Below, one piece after another: positions 34,393 through 45,210 of a DNA stretch of 51,136 bases. Within the stretch, counting starts at the first letter, position 1. Each line of letters opens with the position of its first letter. A program made the translations under genes and the position numbers. Origin of the DNA: Octopus sinensis. Taxonomy: Eukaryota. The stretch is taken from NCBI RefSeq assembly GCF_006345805.1, contig NW_021834157.1, forward strand, positions 1 through 51,136, read 5' to 3'. The notes under the pieces are model-generated. The model saw nothing but the letters and a program-made list of their open reading frames with translations. It did no database searches and had not been told where the DNA came from.

Positions 34393-36432
34393 TTGAAAAA
34401 TAAAACTGTTGGAAATTGAAAAATGTCTGCAACTCTCCCATGAAAAAGAAAGAGTAGACAAAGAAGCCTGGGCTATAGACAACATAAAATCTAACCCCAG
34501 AGCTTTCTACAGGTATGCCAAAGAAACAGCTACGGTGCACTGTAGGATAGGGCCACTCCTTGAAAAGGATGGCACACTCACAGGAAATCCAATGAAGGTA
34601 AGTGAAATACTAAATGAACAATTCAAGAGTGTTTTCACCCCACCCCTTGGGCATTTTCAAGTCAGCAATCCAACTGACTTCTTTACCACTGCAGATATAA
34701 AATCAGAGGCAGCGATGATTGATTACATCAATATAAATGAAGACGATGTAATAAAGGCTGTTGATGAAATGAACACAAACTCAGCTACTGGCCCCGATGG
34801 ATTCCCAGCAATCCTTCTAAAAGGATGTAAGAGAGTCCTAGCAAGACCACTGCAGTTCCTCTTTCAGAGCTTCCTTGCAACTAGCAAACTTCCAAGAAAA
34901 CTGAAGGAAGGTAAAATATGCCCTATCCATAAAGGAGGTAGCAGAGCGGAGGCCAAGAACTACAGACCTATCTCTCTGACCTCACACATCAGCAAGGTCA
35001 TGGAACGAATAATCAGAAGGAACCTAATCACCTTCCTTGAAGAAAATGACTTGCTGCCTGACACCCAACATGGTTTCCGACCAGGAAGAAGCTGCTTAAC
35101 TCAGCTCCTACAACACTATGACTGGGTGCTGAAACGACTGCTCAACCACTCAAATGTGGAAGTCATATATCTCGACTTTGCAAAGGCCTTTGATAAAGTC
35201 GATCATGGAATGATATGTCACAAACTGCGTGATCTTGGCATAGTTGGAAAATTGGGAGAATGGCTTCATGACTTTCTGAAGGATAGAAGTCAGGTGGTAG
35301 TAGCCAATGGGGCCACTTCCATTAACACGCAAATAGTGAGCGATGTTCTGCAAGGCACTGTTCTGGGACCACTACTATTCATAATGGCCCTCTCAGACAT
35401 GCCTTCAGCTACGCAGAGAGCCACGATCACAAGTTATGCAGATGATACAAAAGTTTCACAGGCAATACAAAACCCTGAAGACACTATGCACCTGCAATGT
35501 GAGCTGGACAAAATATACAAGTGGGCTGAAAAGAATAGCATGCAGTTCAATGCTGAAAAGTTTCAAGCTTTATACTATCAGCATGCAAAACTAAATGCAA
35601 TACCCAATAAATACACTGGACCTGGAGGGATTGCAATCCCAGAGGCACAATCAGTGCGAGACCTGGGTATTTACATGAGTGATGATGTAACCTTTCATGT
35701 GCATGTTGCTAAAGGGCAATGAAATGTAGGCGGCTGACCGGATGGATTCTTAGAACCTTTAGAACAAGAGACCAGGAAACCATGATGGTCCTCTGGAGGA
35801 CACCTGTCCTAAGCCACTTTGACTATTGCTCTCAGCTATGGTCACCATCCAGTGTCAAGTTAATCACAGAACTTGAGGCGATCCAACGAAGCTACACGAA
35901 GAAGATAGCCTCTGTGCAGCATATAAGCTATTGGGAAAGACTCAAGAGATTGAGACTCTATTCCTTAGGGCGCAGGCGAGAAAGATATGCCATAATATAC
36001 ATCTGGAAGATCCTGAAGTACTTGTCCCAAACTTTGGCATCGAGGGTTACACAAATGCCAGAACTAGGCACCATTGCATAGTGCCAAGGACTCCAAATTT
36101 GCCATCAAGATGTAGGACAAGATACTGTGATAGCCTGGGCTTCCGAGGTCCACAGCTCTTCAATATCCTCCCGAAGAACCTGAGAGACCTGCATGGGGTG
36201 GATGCAGATGTCTTTAAAATGAAACTGGATCTCTTCCTGTCAGGTGTCCCAGATGAACCAACTTCATGGCAGGAGGTGCAGATGAGGGCAGCTGCATCGA
36301 ACTCTCTCATGCACGAGATGGCATTTGCTAAAAAGCATTCGTGAAGTAAAATCATGTAGCAACACCGAATTGCGGTGCCCCAGCATGGCCACAGCTTGTG
36401 AGCTGAAACTAAGTAAAATAAAATAAAATAAA
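34393..36432 (+). mobile_element. CR1-group LINE, 5'-truncated, nearly open reverse transcriptase, (TAAAA)n tail
   Basis: The 437-aa ORF at 34409-35722 contains NYRPISLTS, QHGFRPGRSCLTQLL, YLDFAKAFDKVDH, QGTVLGPLLF and YADDTK. Two frameshifts follow, then RLKRLRLYSLGRRRERY and GPQLFNILP. The clade call is from motif style. Confidence 0.92.
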
Positions 36433-37379
36433 TATGTGTGTGTGTGTGTGTGTGTGTTTGTGTGCAGGGATGTAGATTTACGAAAACAAAAATGGGGCTC
36501 TTGGAAACCCATTGCAAATGTTACAGACGTGTAAACGATTTTTGACAAACTGTTAAATACAGTCGAAAATGCGTGCCGTGTGTTTCTAATGTGTTGGCAG
36601 CGTGACCTCCCAAAATGCAACCCAGCAATATCTGCTTCAACACATAGATTCATATTTAGACTCTTGTGAAATTGAATATACACACACTCCCACAGACACA
36701 CACACTCACACACATATATATATATATACGTATGTATGTGTGTGTGAGTGCGTGTGAATGAGCGTGAGGCTGTATGTGTTTGTTTGTTTGTGTGTATGTG
36801 TACCTGCGACCACACAGTTCAAATTTGCGTACCTGGTGGGACGGGTGTGTCGACACCTCTCTATTTACCGAATGGTTAACTTGTACCCAATGATCTCGTT
36901 CGCCTTTCTCAATGTCTCCCCTTCTCTCTCTTCCTTTCTCTCCCAGTCTATCTCTTACTATGTCGGTCTATCGCTCTCCAATTCAATTCCTTTTCTTTCT
37001 CCTCTCCTCTCACTCTTTATTCTTTATGCATTTTCTGTGCATATATCTATGTTCTCTTCGTTGCTTCTTTTTCGCTCTATATCACTCATTCTATCTTTCA
37101 CTCTATCTCTCGCCCCCCCCCCACCCACTGTCTTTGCCTCCATTATCTTCCTCTGCCTCTAGCTCTCTCTTCCTCTCACCCTTTTTCTTTGTCACATCCT
37201 CCTCTCTTTCACCTTCTCTATCTCTCCTTCTCTTTCTCTCGCTCTCGCTCCCCCTCTTCCAATGTCTGTTATGCCTGTTATGTATACTCAGTCCATGGAA
37301 TACAAAGAAGAAAGCAGAAAGAAAAACAAAAACAAACAAATATGTAACAAAGTTGAGAATAAAAAACACATACTAAGGA

Positions 37380-37381
37380 GT

Positions 37382-37415
<34 letters not shown>

Positions 37416-37422
37416 CACACAC

Positions 37423-37453
<31 letters not shown>

Positions 37454-37474
37454 CAGACAGACACACACACACAC

Positions 37475-37531
<57 letters not shown>

Positions 37532-37561
37532 CACACACAGATAATAGATAGATAGATAGAT

Positions 37562-37619
<58 letters not shown>

Positions 37620-37740
37620 CACACACACAGATGATAGATAATAGATATAGATAGATAGATAGATAGACAGACACACACACACAGATAGATAGATAGATAG
37701 ATAGATAGAGATAGATAGATAGATAGACAGACAGACGATA

Positions 37741-37776
<36 letters not shown>

Positions 37777-37793
37777 CAGACAGAACACAACAC

Positions 37794-37865
<72 letters not shown>

Positions 37866-37909
37866 CGATAGATAGGTAGATAAATAGATAGACAGACAGA
37901 TAGATAGAT

Positions 37910-37935
<26 letters not shown>
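37380..37935. repeat. Compound (GATA)n/(GACA)n/(CA)n/(GA)n microsatellite
   Basis: Direct inspection; it produces the SIYL ORFs. Confidence 0.95.
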
Positions 37936-37940
<5 letters not shown>

Positions 37941-38372
37941 GAAGTGAACAAACAGAGACAGAAAAGAGAGAGAGAGAAAGAACAAGTTAAAGAGGAGGGA
38001 GAAGATGCGAGGAGAGGAAAGGGCAAGAAAGAGTGACCGAAAAGACATTATGTGTCTGTATTATGTGTGTCTTTGAAAGATTAGAAGGGAGGAGGAAAAA
38101 AAGAGGGGCGAGAGGAGGTTTACAACTTCCGGTTCCAATTCGATTTCTATTAAAAATCAGAAGAGAGAAATGTATTTCACACGTTAAGAATAAAATAAAT
38201 AAAGGCGTGGCACACTGAAAATATTAAATATTTACATTAGAATATATCTGCTCTTCCCCCCCACCCCCACACCCTACCCCACCCCCACACAAACACAAAT
38301 ACAAACACTTATATATGCCCATGTGTATACACACATATACAAACATACAATTGTACATACACGTATATATTA

Positions 38373-38403
<31 letters not shown>

Positions 38404-38428
38404 ACACCACATATATATATATATATAT

Positions 38429-38474
<46 letters not shown>

Positions 38475-39174
38475 ATATACATATACATATGCATATACGT
38501 GTATTAATATATACGTATATACATATATATTCATATATACATACATATAATTACTTAGATAGATAAATGTTTCATATATATGTGTATATATATTCATATA
38601 TTATGTGTATATATTTGCGTATGTATTTATATATATATATGTATGTATATATACATTCAAATATATTCGCATAATGTATGCAGATGAGAATATTGATTTC
38701 AGAACAGCAAATTGTATTCTGTATTGCTCAGCATAGTTACAAATGCAAACATACACATAATTTCTTGCATAATAAGATTACGATAATAATACACGAGAAA
38801 TGTTGCGAAATGACCGCAATCCTATGGAAGCTATATAATTAACTAAATATATATTCATCTCTCTGACTTCCTAAATTAATGTTTTATAGGTTTGTATATA
38901 CAGATATCAATATATACGTACATATAGGTGAAGGCGTATGACTCAATGGTTAGAGTATCTGGCCTATCAGTCGTCCATATAAGTTGAAATGTCTTGTGAA
39001 GCGACACAGAACGTATGTATGTGTGTATGAATGTATGTGTGTATGTATGTATGTATGTATGTATGTATGTATGTATGTATGTATGTATGTATGTATGTAT
39101 GTATGTATGTATGTATGTATGTATGTATGTATGTGTGTATGTATGTATGTATGTATGTATGCATGTATGTATGT

Positions 39175-39895
39175 CATTATTCAGTTTATTTTAAGATTCC
39201 TTGCCAATAGAGAAAGAACCGGTTTCTAACCTGGATCCAAGGCTCCCTCATTGGAATTTCAACACCAAAAGCAGGTTATTTATTTATGTATGTATGTATG
39301 TATGTATGTATGTATGTATGTATGTATGTATGTATGTATGTATGTGTGTATGTATGTATGCATGCATGTATAAACAGATTTACATGGTTTATGTATGTAT
39401 TCTCATGCATATAGTTGCATATCTAGACACGCTCATATATATTTAAATGATAAACTTCTGGAAAGTTTTACAGAATTTTACAGTTCCAGTGATGGATTGG
39501 ATCTGTAGTCTTCGAATTAGCTTTCTCCTTTCTGGTTTTGAGAAACCTAATTTCTCATGATTGGTATCTAGGCAGCGTGTTACATATCCCAGTGTCCCAA
39601 TAATTACAGGTATAAACCTGAACTTGTAATCTGGATAGAGTAGCTGCTGATTTCTCAATAGTTCAGCATAGTTGTTCTCCTTTTCACTGATCTTCAGCTT
39701 TATGTTAACATCCGCTGGGCAGCTACTGTGCACAGTTTCTTTTCTCTATACGAAATCATAATGTCAGGTCTGTTGTGCTTACATTTTATTGAGGTCTTCA
39801 CTGGTACATTCCACCAGTATTCCTTTTTATTCTGAGTGGCTATGGCTTCTGCCATATTGTGTCTCTTGGCACCACCGCCTGAATTGGGACCTTAT
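39175..39895 (-). mobile_element. R4/Dong-like non-LTR 3' fragment with restriction-like endonuclease motif
   Basis: Minus: WWNVPVKTSIKCKHNRPDIMIS..KKLCTV..(C)PADVNIKLKISEKENNY..FRFIPVIIGTLG..IQSITGTVKFCKTF; the 3' UTR is interrupted by (TATG)n. Confidence 0.8.
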
Positions 39896-40136
39896 CTATT
39901 CTTTGCCTGATCAGGCTACCAGCTAATTTATGAATATATATATATATATATATATATATACAAACACATATGTTTGTATTTACAAGCTATTGTACTCAAC
40001 GCATATAATTGTGTCACAATAGCTACTCGGTTGGTGCAATTTGTTGCTGGTAAATGCGATCATATTTCGTTGGTTGTGTGAAAAATAACTGAAGCAAAAC
40101 CCGCGAACGTTTAACTGAAATTAAAAAGAAAAACTG

Positions 40137-40320
40137 ACATTCCGTCGGTTACGACGACCTGTGTTCCTGTTAATCTGATATACAGAACCGCCAGCTCTTG
40201 AAGTTATCGTACAAAAGACTGAACTCTCCACAGATAAATATATACCCTTAACGTAGTTTGCAAAGAGATTAGGCGTGACACAGAATGCGACATGTCCGAC
40301 CATTTGAAAGACATATAGAA
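40137..40320 (+). mobile_element. Old interspersed repeat (SINE-like family 4), diverged copy
   Basis: TCCGTCG.TTACGACGAC..CCCTTAACGTAGTT is shared with 41208-41348. Confidence 0.6.
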
Positions 40321-41207
40321 CTCCTTTTCTCAAACCGAGTGAGCTGGAGCCTCGTGAAATAAAGTGTCTTTCTCAAAGAAGCAATGCGCCGCCAGGGATC
40401 GAACTCACGACCTAAGTTAGGGTGAGCTGAATACCTGTTAACTACTGAGGTATACACCTTTATCTCAACTAAAATATTTCTTCCGGACACAAGTACATTT
40501 GTTGTTGGCCATTTACAATTAGAAACTTTAATAATTTGTGTGGCAAGATGCGGTCGGCCCAAAATACGCGAATTTAACTGCGCAAATCTCCGAAGCTACA
40601 GAGATTTTTGCTTGTCTGTCTTTGGCTATCTGCGCTTTATGCTGCGCGCCAAACGGTTTTTAGAGAGGACCAGAAGGCAATGTCTAAAATGTTCAAGAAA
40701 ACCATGTTACGCCACAAATTCATGCAGATTGACCGATCACGAGGAAATGTTGTGGGTCGTTCGCGGTGTCTATCGGTTGGAGTGTCGAATCACCGTTACG
40801 GTAACTTTTATTTATTAGTAAAGCTTGTGAATTTGCATCGTCGCATCTCATGTGGTTACTGACAATTAGCGAATCGTAAACAAAAATGCATGTTGCCGTC
40901 GCTCCCGCAACTTCCAGAAGTAATGTAAAACCCGCTCGGTAATGCGTCCTCGCAAGTTCAAATGGTTAACACTGGTTAGAGAACAAAAATTTGTGAGACG
41001 TATCGTCTGCACATATCAACTGAGCTATTCTTTAATGAATTTAAATACTTAAACAACGATCACCTATCTTCCACCCTACTGAATATATAAATATTTCTCG
41101 CCTCTTCATTATTCATATTTTCCTTTTATTCATTATATTTCCTTCTAGTTTTTACATTCTTCATTGCTTTATTCCCCGTCCTCCTAGCTCCGAACTGTAA
41201 ACATGTG

Positions 41208-41348
41208 TGGCACTCCGTCGATTACGACGACAAGGGTTCTAGTTGATCCGATCAACGGAACAGCCTGCTCGTGAAATTAACGTGCAAGTGGCAGAGCACT
41301 CCACAAACACGTGGACCCTTAACGTAGTTCTCAGGTAGATTCAGCGTA
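41208..41348 (+). mobile_element. Interspersed repeat (SINE-like family 4)
   Basis: GGCACTCCGTCGATTACGACGAC..GTTGATCCGATCAACGGAACAGCCTGCTCGTGAAATTAACGTGCAAGTGGC; homologous to 40137-40320. Confidence 0.6.
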
Positions 41349-41600
41349 TTCTGCAGAAGACAGAACTATTTAAAAAAAACTGACACCTCACTTTTCCCAT
41401 AACTAGAAAAGGAACTTAAATTTGTCCAGAAAACCTTTGCACATCTTATCTTTATGTTCATTGTATTTTTATTATATTTATATTGTATCTAATAGTTTTC
41501 TATTTTTATTTTAAACTATAAACAATTACTTTTCCTATAATGTTAATATATCTCTCCCTGCTCGCAGTTTCTTGTTATTTTCCTTCCCCATTATCCAGAG

Positions 41601-41632
<32 letters not shown>

Positions 41633-41949
41633 TCTTTCTCTCTCTCTCAGACGCACACACTTTCTCAACACAATCAGTTCATTCATCATAAACTTTACGA
41701 TTTATTATACAATTTATATTCCTCTTTAATAAATATACCATTTATTTCCAGTTCTTAACATCTTTTAGACATTGTTTGTCCTTGTGTTCATCTCGTTACA
41801 GACTTAACTTGGTCCATTTCTGCTCGTCTCTCTCTCCTCTCTCTCTCCCCTCTCCATTCATTCAATCTTACTCTAACCTTTCACACTTCTCTCTAATACA
41901 CGCTACCTTTCTCCATATATTTCAACGAATATTGATTTCGAATTTTGGC

Positions 41950-42135
41950 ACAAGTCCAGCAATATCGGGGGTAAGTCGATTACATCGATCCCAGTAATCA
42001 ACTGACATTTATTTTATCGACCTCGAAGAATGAAAGACTAAATAGACTTCAGCGGAATTTGAACCCAGAACGTAAGGACAAACAAAATATTACTTAGCAT
42101 TTTGTTCGGCGTGCTAATGATTCTGCCCGGTCACC
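41950..42135 (-). mobile_element. SINE family 2 (tail B)
   Basis: Reverse complement of the family-2 core GTCGATAAAATAA..CTGGGATCGATGTAATCGACTT. Confidence 0.75.
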
Positions 42136-42409
42136 GTCCAACCAATGTTATGCAGCTATATATGGTGGTGACCTGGCAGAATGGTTAGGACGCCGGGAGA
42201 ATGCTAAGCGGCATTTCTTCAAGACAACCCCATCCTCCCAACATAACGGGTGCACTTTAATGACTGAAACAAGTAAAAGACAAACGGTAAAAAACTAGAA
42301 AGTTTTATAAAGATTTATAACTTAAATATTTCCAAAAACTCGGAGCAACGATTGCGAAGTTTTCCATTTTCGCTATCGTTATTGATGGAATGATTAACTA
42401 TGGTAAAAA

Positions 42410-43135
42410 GGCGGTGATCTGGCACGAAGGGCGAAATGCTTAGCGATATTTCGTCTGCCGTTACGTTCTGAGTTCAAATTCCGCCGAGGTCGATTTTGCC
42501 TTTCATCCTTTCGGGGTCGATAAATTAAGTACTAGTTATGTACTTGGGTCGATATAATCAACTTAATCCGTTTGTCTGTCATTGTTTGTCCTCTCTGTGT
42601 TTGGCCCCTTGTGGGTAATAAAGAAATAGGTATTTCGTGTGCCGCTACATTCTGAGTTCAAAATCCTTTCGGGGTCGGTTAAATAAGTTCCAGTTACGCG
42701 CTGGGGTCGATAGAATCGACTTAATCCGTTTGTCCTCTCTATGTTTAGCCCCTTGTGGGTAGTAATAAAATAGGCATTTCGTCAGCCGCTACGTCGACTT
42801 TGCCTTTCATCCTTTCGGGGTCGATTAAATAAGTACCAGTTAAGCACTGGGGTCGATATAATCGACTTAATCCATTTGTCTGTCCTTGTTTGTCCCCTCT
42901 GTGTGTAGCCCCTTGTGAGTAGTAAAGAAATAAGAAACGTTAGCATGCCGGGCGAAATCCATAGCGGTATTTCATTTGTCTTTACGATCTGAGTTCAAAT
43001 TCCGCCGAGGTCGACTTTGCCTTTCATCCTTTCGGGATCGATAAATTAAATACCAGTTGCGTACTGGGGTCGATCTAATCGACTGACCCTCACCTTCCCA
43101 AAATTTTCGGGTCTCGTGCCTCGAGCAGAAAAGAT
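42410..43135 (+). mobile_element. Multimer of four SINE family 2 units
   Basis: The core TTTGCCTTTCATCCTTTCGGGGTCGAT and the tail GCCCCTTGTG.GT.ATAAAGAAATA recur. Units restart at GG(T/C)ATTTCG (about 42629 and 42772) or at AACGTTAGC (about 42936). Confidence 0.85.
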
Positions 43136-43340
43136 TCTCGAAACTCACACACACACACACACACACACAACACACACACACACAGATTAATTGCTGATAG
43201 GGACCCTGTATTTCGTTTGGTAACATAGTATACCACCAAGAACATTCAATGTATATAAGTCAATATCGTGTCCGCTTTTAGTGATAGCAATAGTGTTGAT
43301 AAATTCAAAAACGAACGCACACAGAGATATATTCATATAT

Positions 43341-43505
43341 TCAGGGTGTCCATAAATTAACTTTACAATTTGAAAAATTCGGGGACAAAATGAAAAGCGA
43401 TAACTCAGCAAGTTGCGTGCGACCAATGGAGCGTACGTGGAACGCGTTCTCTGCTAAAACTATTTGTTTGCCTACGTTTTCCAATAAGTCCTGCTGAGGT
43501 AACCT
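43341..43505 (+). mobile_element. Probable left end of a Tc1/mariner non-autonomous element
   Basis: CAGGGTGTCCATAAATTAACTTTACAATT resembles mariner TIR starts; no partner TIR was found. Confidence 0.35.
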
Positions 43506-44034
43506 TATTTTTTGTGTGTATGTGTGTTTGTATGTATTTTTCAAATTGTGATGGTAATTTAAGGACTCTGTATATATACACGAGTGCGTACACGTGAACA
43601 CCCACAGGCATATATCCATCCATCCATCCATCCATCCATTCATATTTGTATATATATATACACGGATCAAAGCCCTTCTCGTGGCACAGGCTCTTAACGC
43701 CGATTTCCTGGGTTCTGTGGCGTATATATTTACCCACTGCACAGGTCGTCGGTCCGCTGCAGCGCAGATCCTTTTTGTCACTTGAGTGGCCTGCAGCAAC
43801 GGGAAATGAAGTGCTTTGCTCAACAACAGTTTTTGTCCCCCCACAACAAGTATTGGTGCTTTTACGTCTCCGTAAGCAAGCGGTTCGGTAAAAGAGACCG
43901 ATAGAATAAGTACATGGTTTAAAAAGAAAAAAAAAACCCAGCTGAAACAAGTGGAAAGAAACAGATAAAAGTCATGTGTATGTTATACCCACTGACAAAC
44001 GCACTTACAAACGCAGGAACACAAGGGAGAGAAA

Positions 44035-44423
44035 GGCGGCGAGCTGGAAGAAACGTTAGCACGCTGGGTGAAATGCTTAGCGGCATTTGATAAATTAAGT
44101 ACCTATTTCTTTACTACCCACGACGGGGCTAAACACAGAGAGGACAAACAAGGACAGACAAACGGATTAAGTCGATTACATCGACCCCAGTGCCTAACTG
44201 GTACTTAATTTATCGACCCCGAAAGGATGAAAGGCAAAGTCGACCTCGGCGGAATTTGAACTCACAACGTAACGCAGACGAAATACCGCTAAGCATTTCG
44301 CCCGGCCTGCTAACGTTTCTGCCAGCTCGCACTGGGGTCGATGTAAGCGACTTAATCCATTTGTCTGTCCTTGATTGACCCCTCTATGTTTAGCCCCTTG
44401 TGGGCAATAAAGAAATAAGAAAG
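44035..44423. mobile_element. Nested SINE family 2: a minus-strand copy (44105-44328) inside a plus-strand copy
   Basis: The plus head runs to GATAAATTAAGTACC, then comes a near-complete reverse copy, then the plus copy resumes at CACTGGGGTCGATG..CAATAAAGAAATA. Confidence 0.85.
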
Positions 44424-44754
44424 GCAGAGAAAGAGAGAGAGAGGGAGAGAGAGAGAGAGAAACAATTACGATGACGATGACGATGACGACGACGATGAGG
44501 TAAAAAATAAAATGACAATGGCGGAATGTTATATTAATCAGGAAAATGATTTCTAGGAATCTTATTCTCACAAGACAAAACTCTTCAATGCATTCAAACA
44601 GAACAATTTGCCACTCAGCTATTTCCGCATTTTGAGGTTGATTAAGAAGTTGTCATTGTCCAAAAATTACTCAAATCAATTCAACTGCGACGCTATGCAC
44701 CTTTTCCGCTTACTTTTTTTTACCTTTCCCGACTCTACTTGTCTTCTTTTTTTC

Positions 44755-45210
44755 TTTCCCATACAATTTTCTTCTTCTTCTTCTTCTTCTTCTTCTTCTT
44801 CTTCTTCTTCTTCTTCTTCTCTTCTCCTTCTCCTCCTCATTCTCCTTTACCCAACCCTTCTTCTTCTTCTTCTTCTTCTTCTTCTTCTTCTTCTTCTTCT
44901 TCTTCTTCTTCTTCTTCTTCTTCTTCTTCTTCTTCTTCTTCTTCTCCTTTTTCTCCTTTACTGAACCCTTTTTCTTCTCCTTTTTCTTCTTCTTCTTCTT
45001 CTTCTTCTTCTTTTTCTTTTTCTTTTTCTTCTTCTTCTTTTTCTTCTTCTTCTTATTATTTTTCTTCTTCTTCTTCTTCTTCTTCTCCTTCTTCTCCTTT
45101 ACCCAACCCTTTTTCTTTTTCTTCTTCTTCTTCTTCTTCTTCTCCTTCTCCTTTACCCAACCTTTTTCTTTTTCTTCTTCTTCTTCTTCTTCTTCTTCTT
45201 CTTCTCCTCC
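44755..45210. repeat. (TTC)n tract punctuated by CTCCTTTACCCAACC units
   Basis: The unit recurs at about 44843, 44953 (variant), 45093 and 45149. Confidence 0.9.

Noticed and set aside
40385-40452. tRNA-like sequences (also 38930-38975, 30950-31000 and all SINE heads)
   Set aside because: A and B boxes are present but there is no complete cloverleaf or acceptor stem; these are SINE heads, not tRNA genes.
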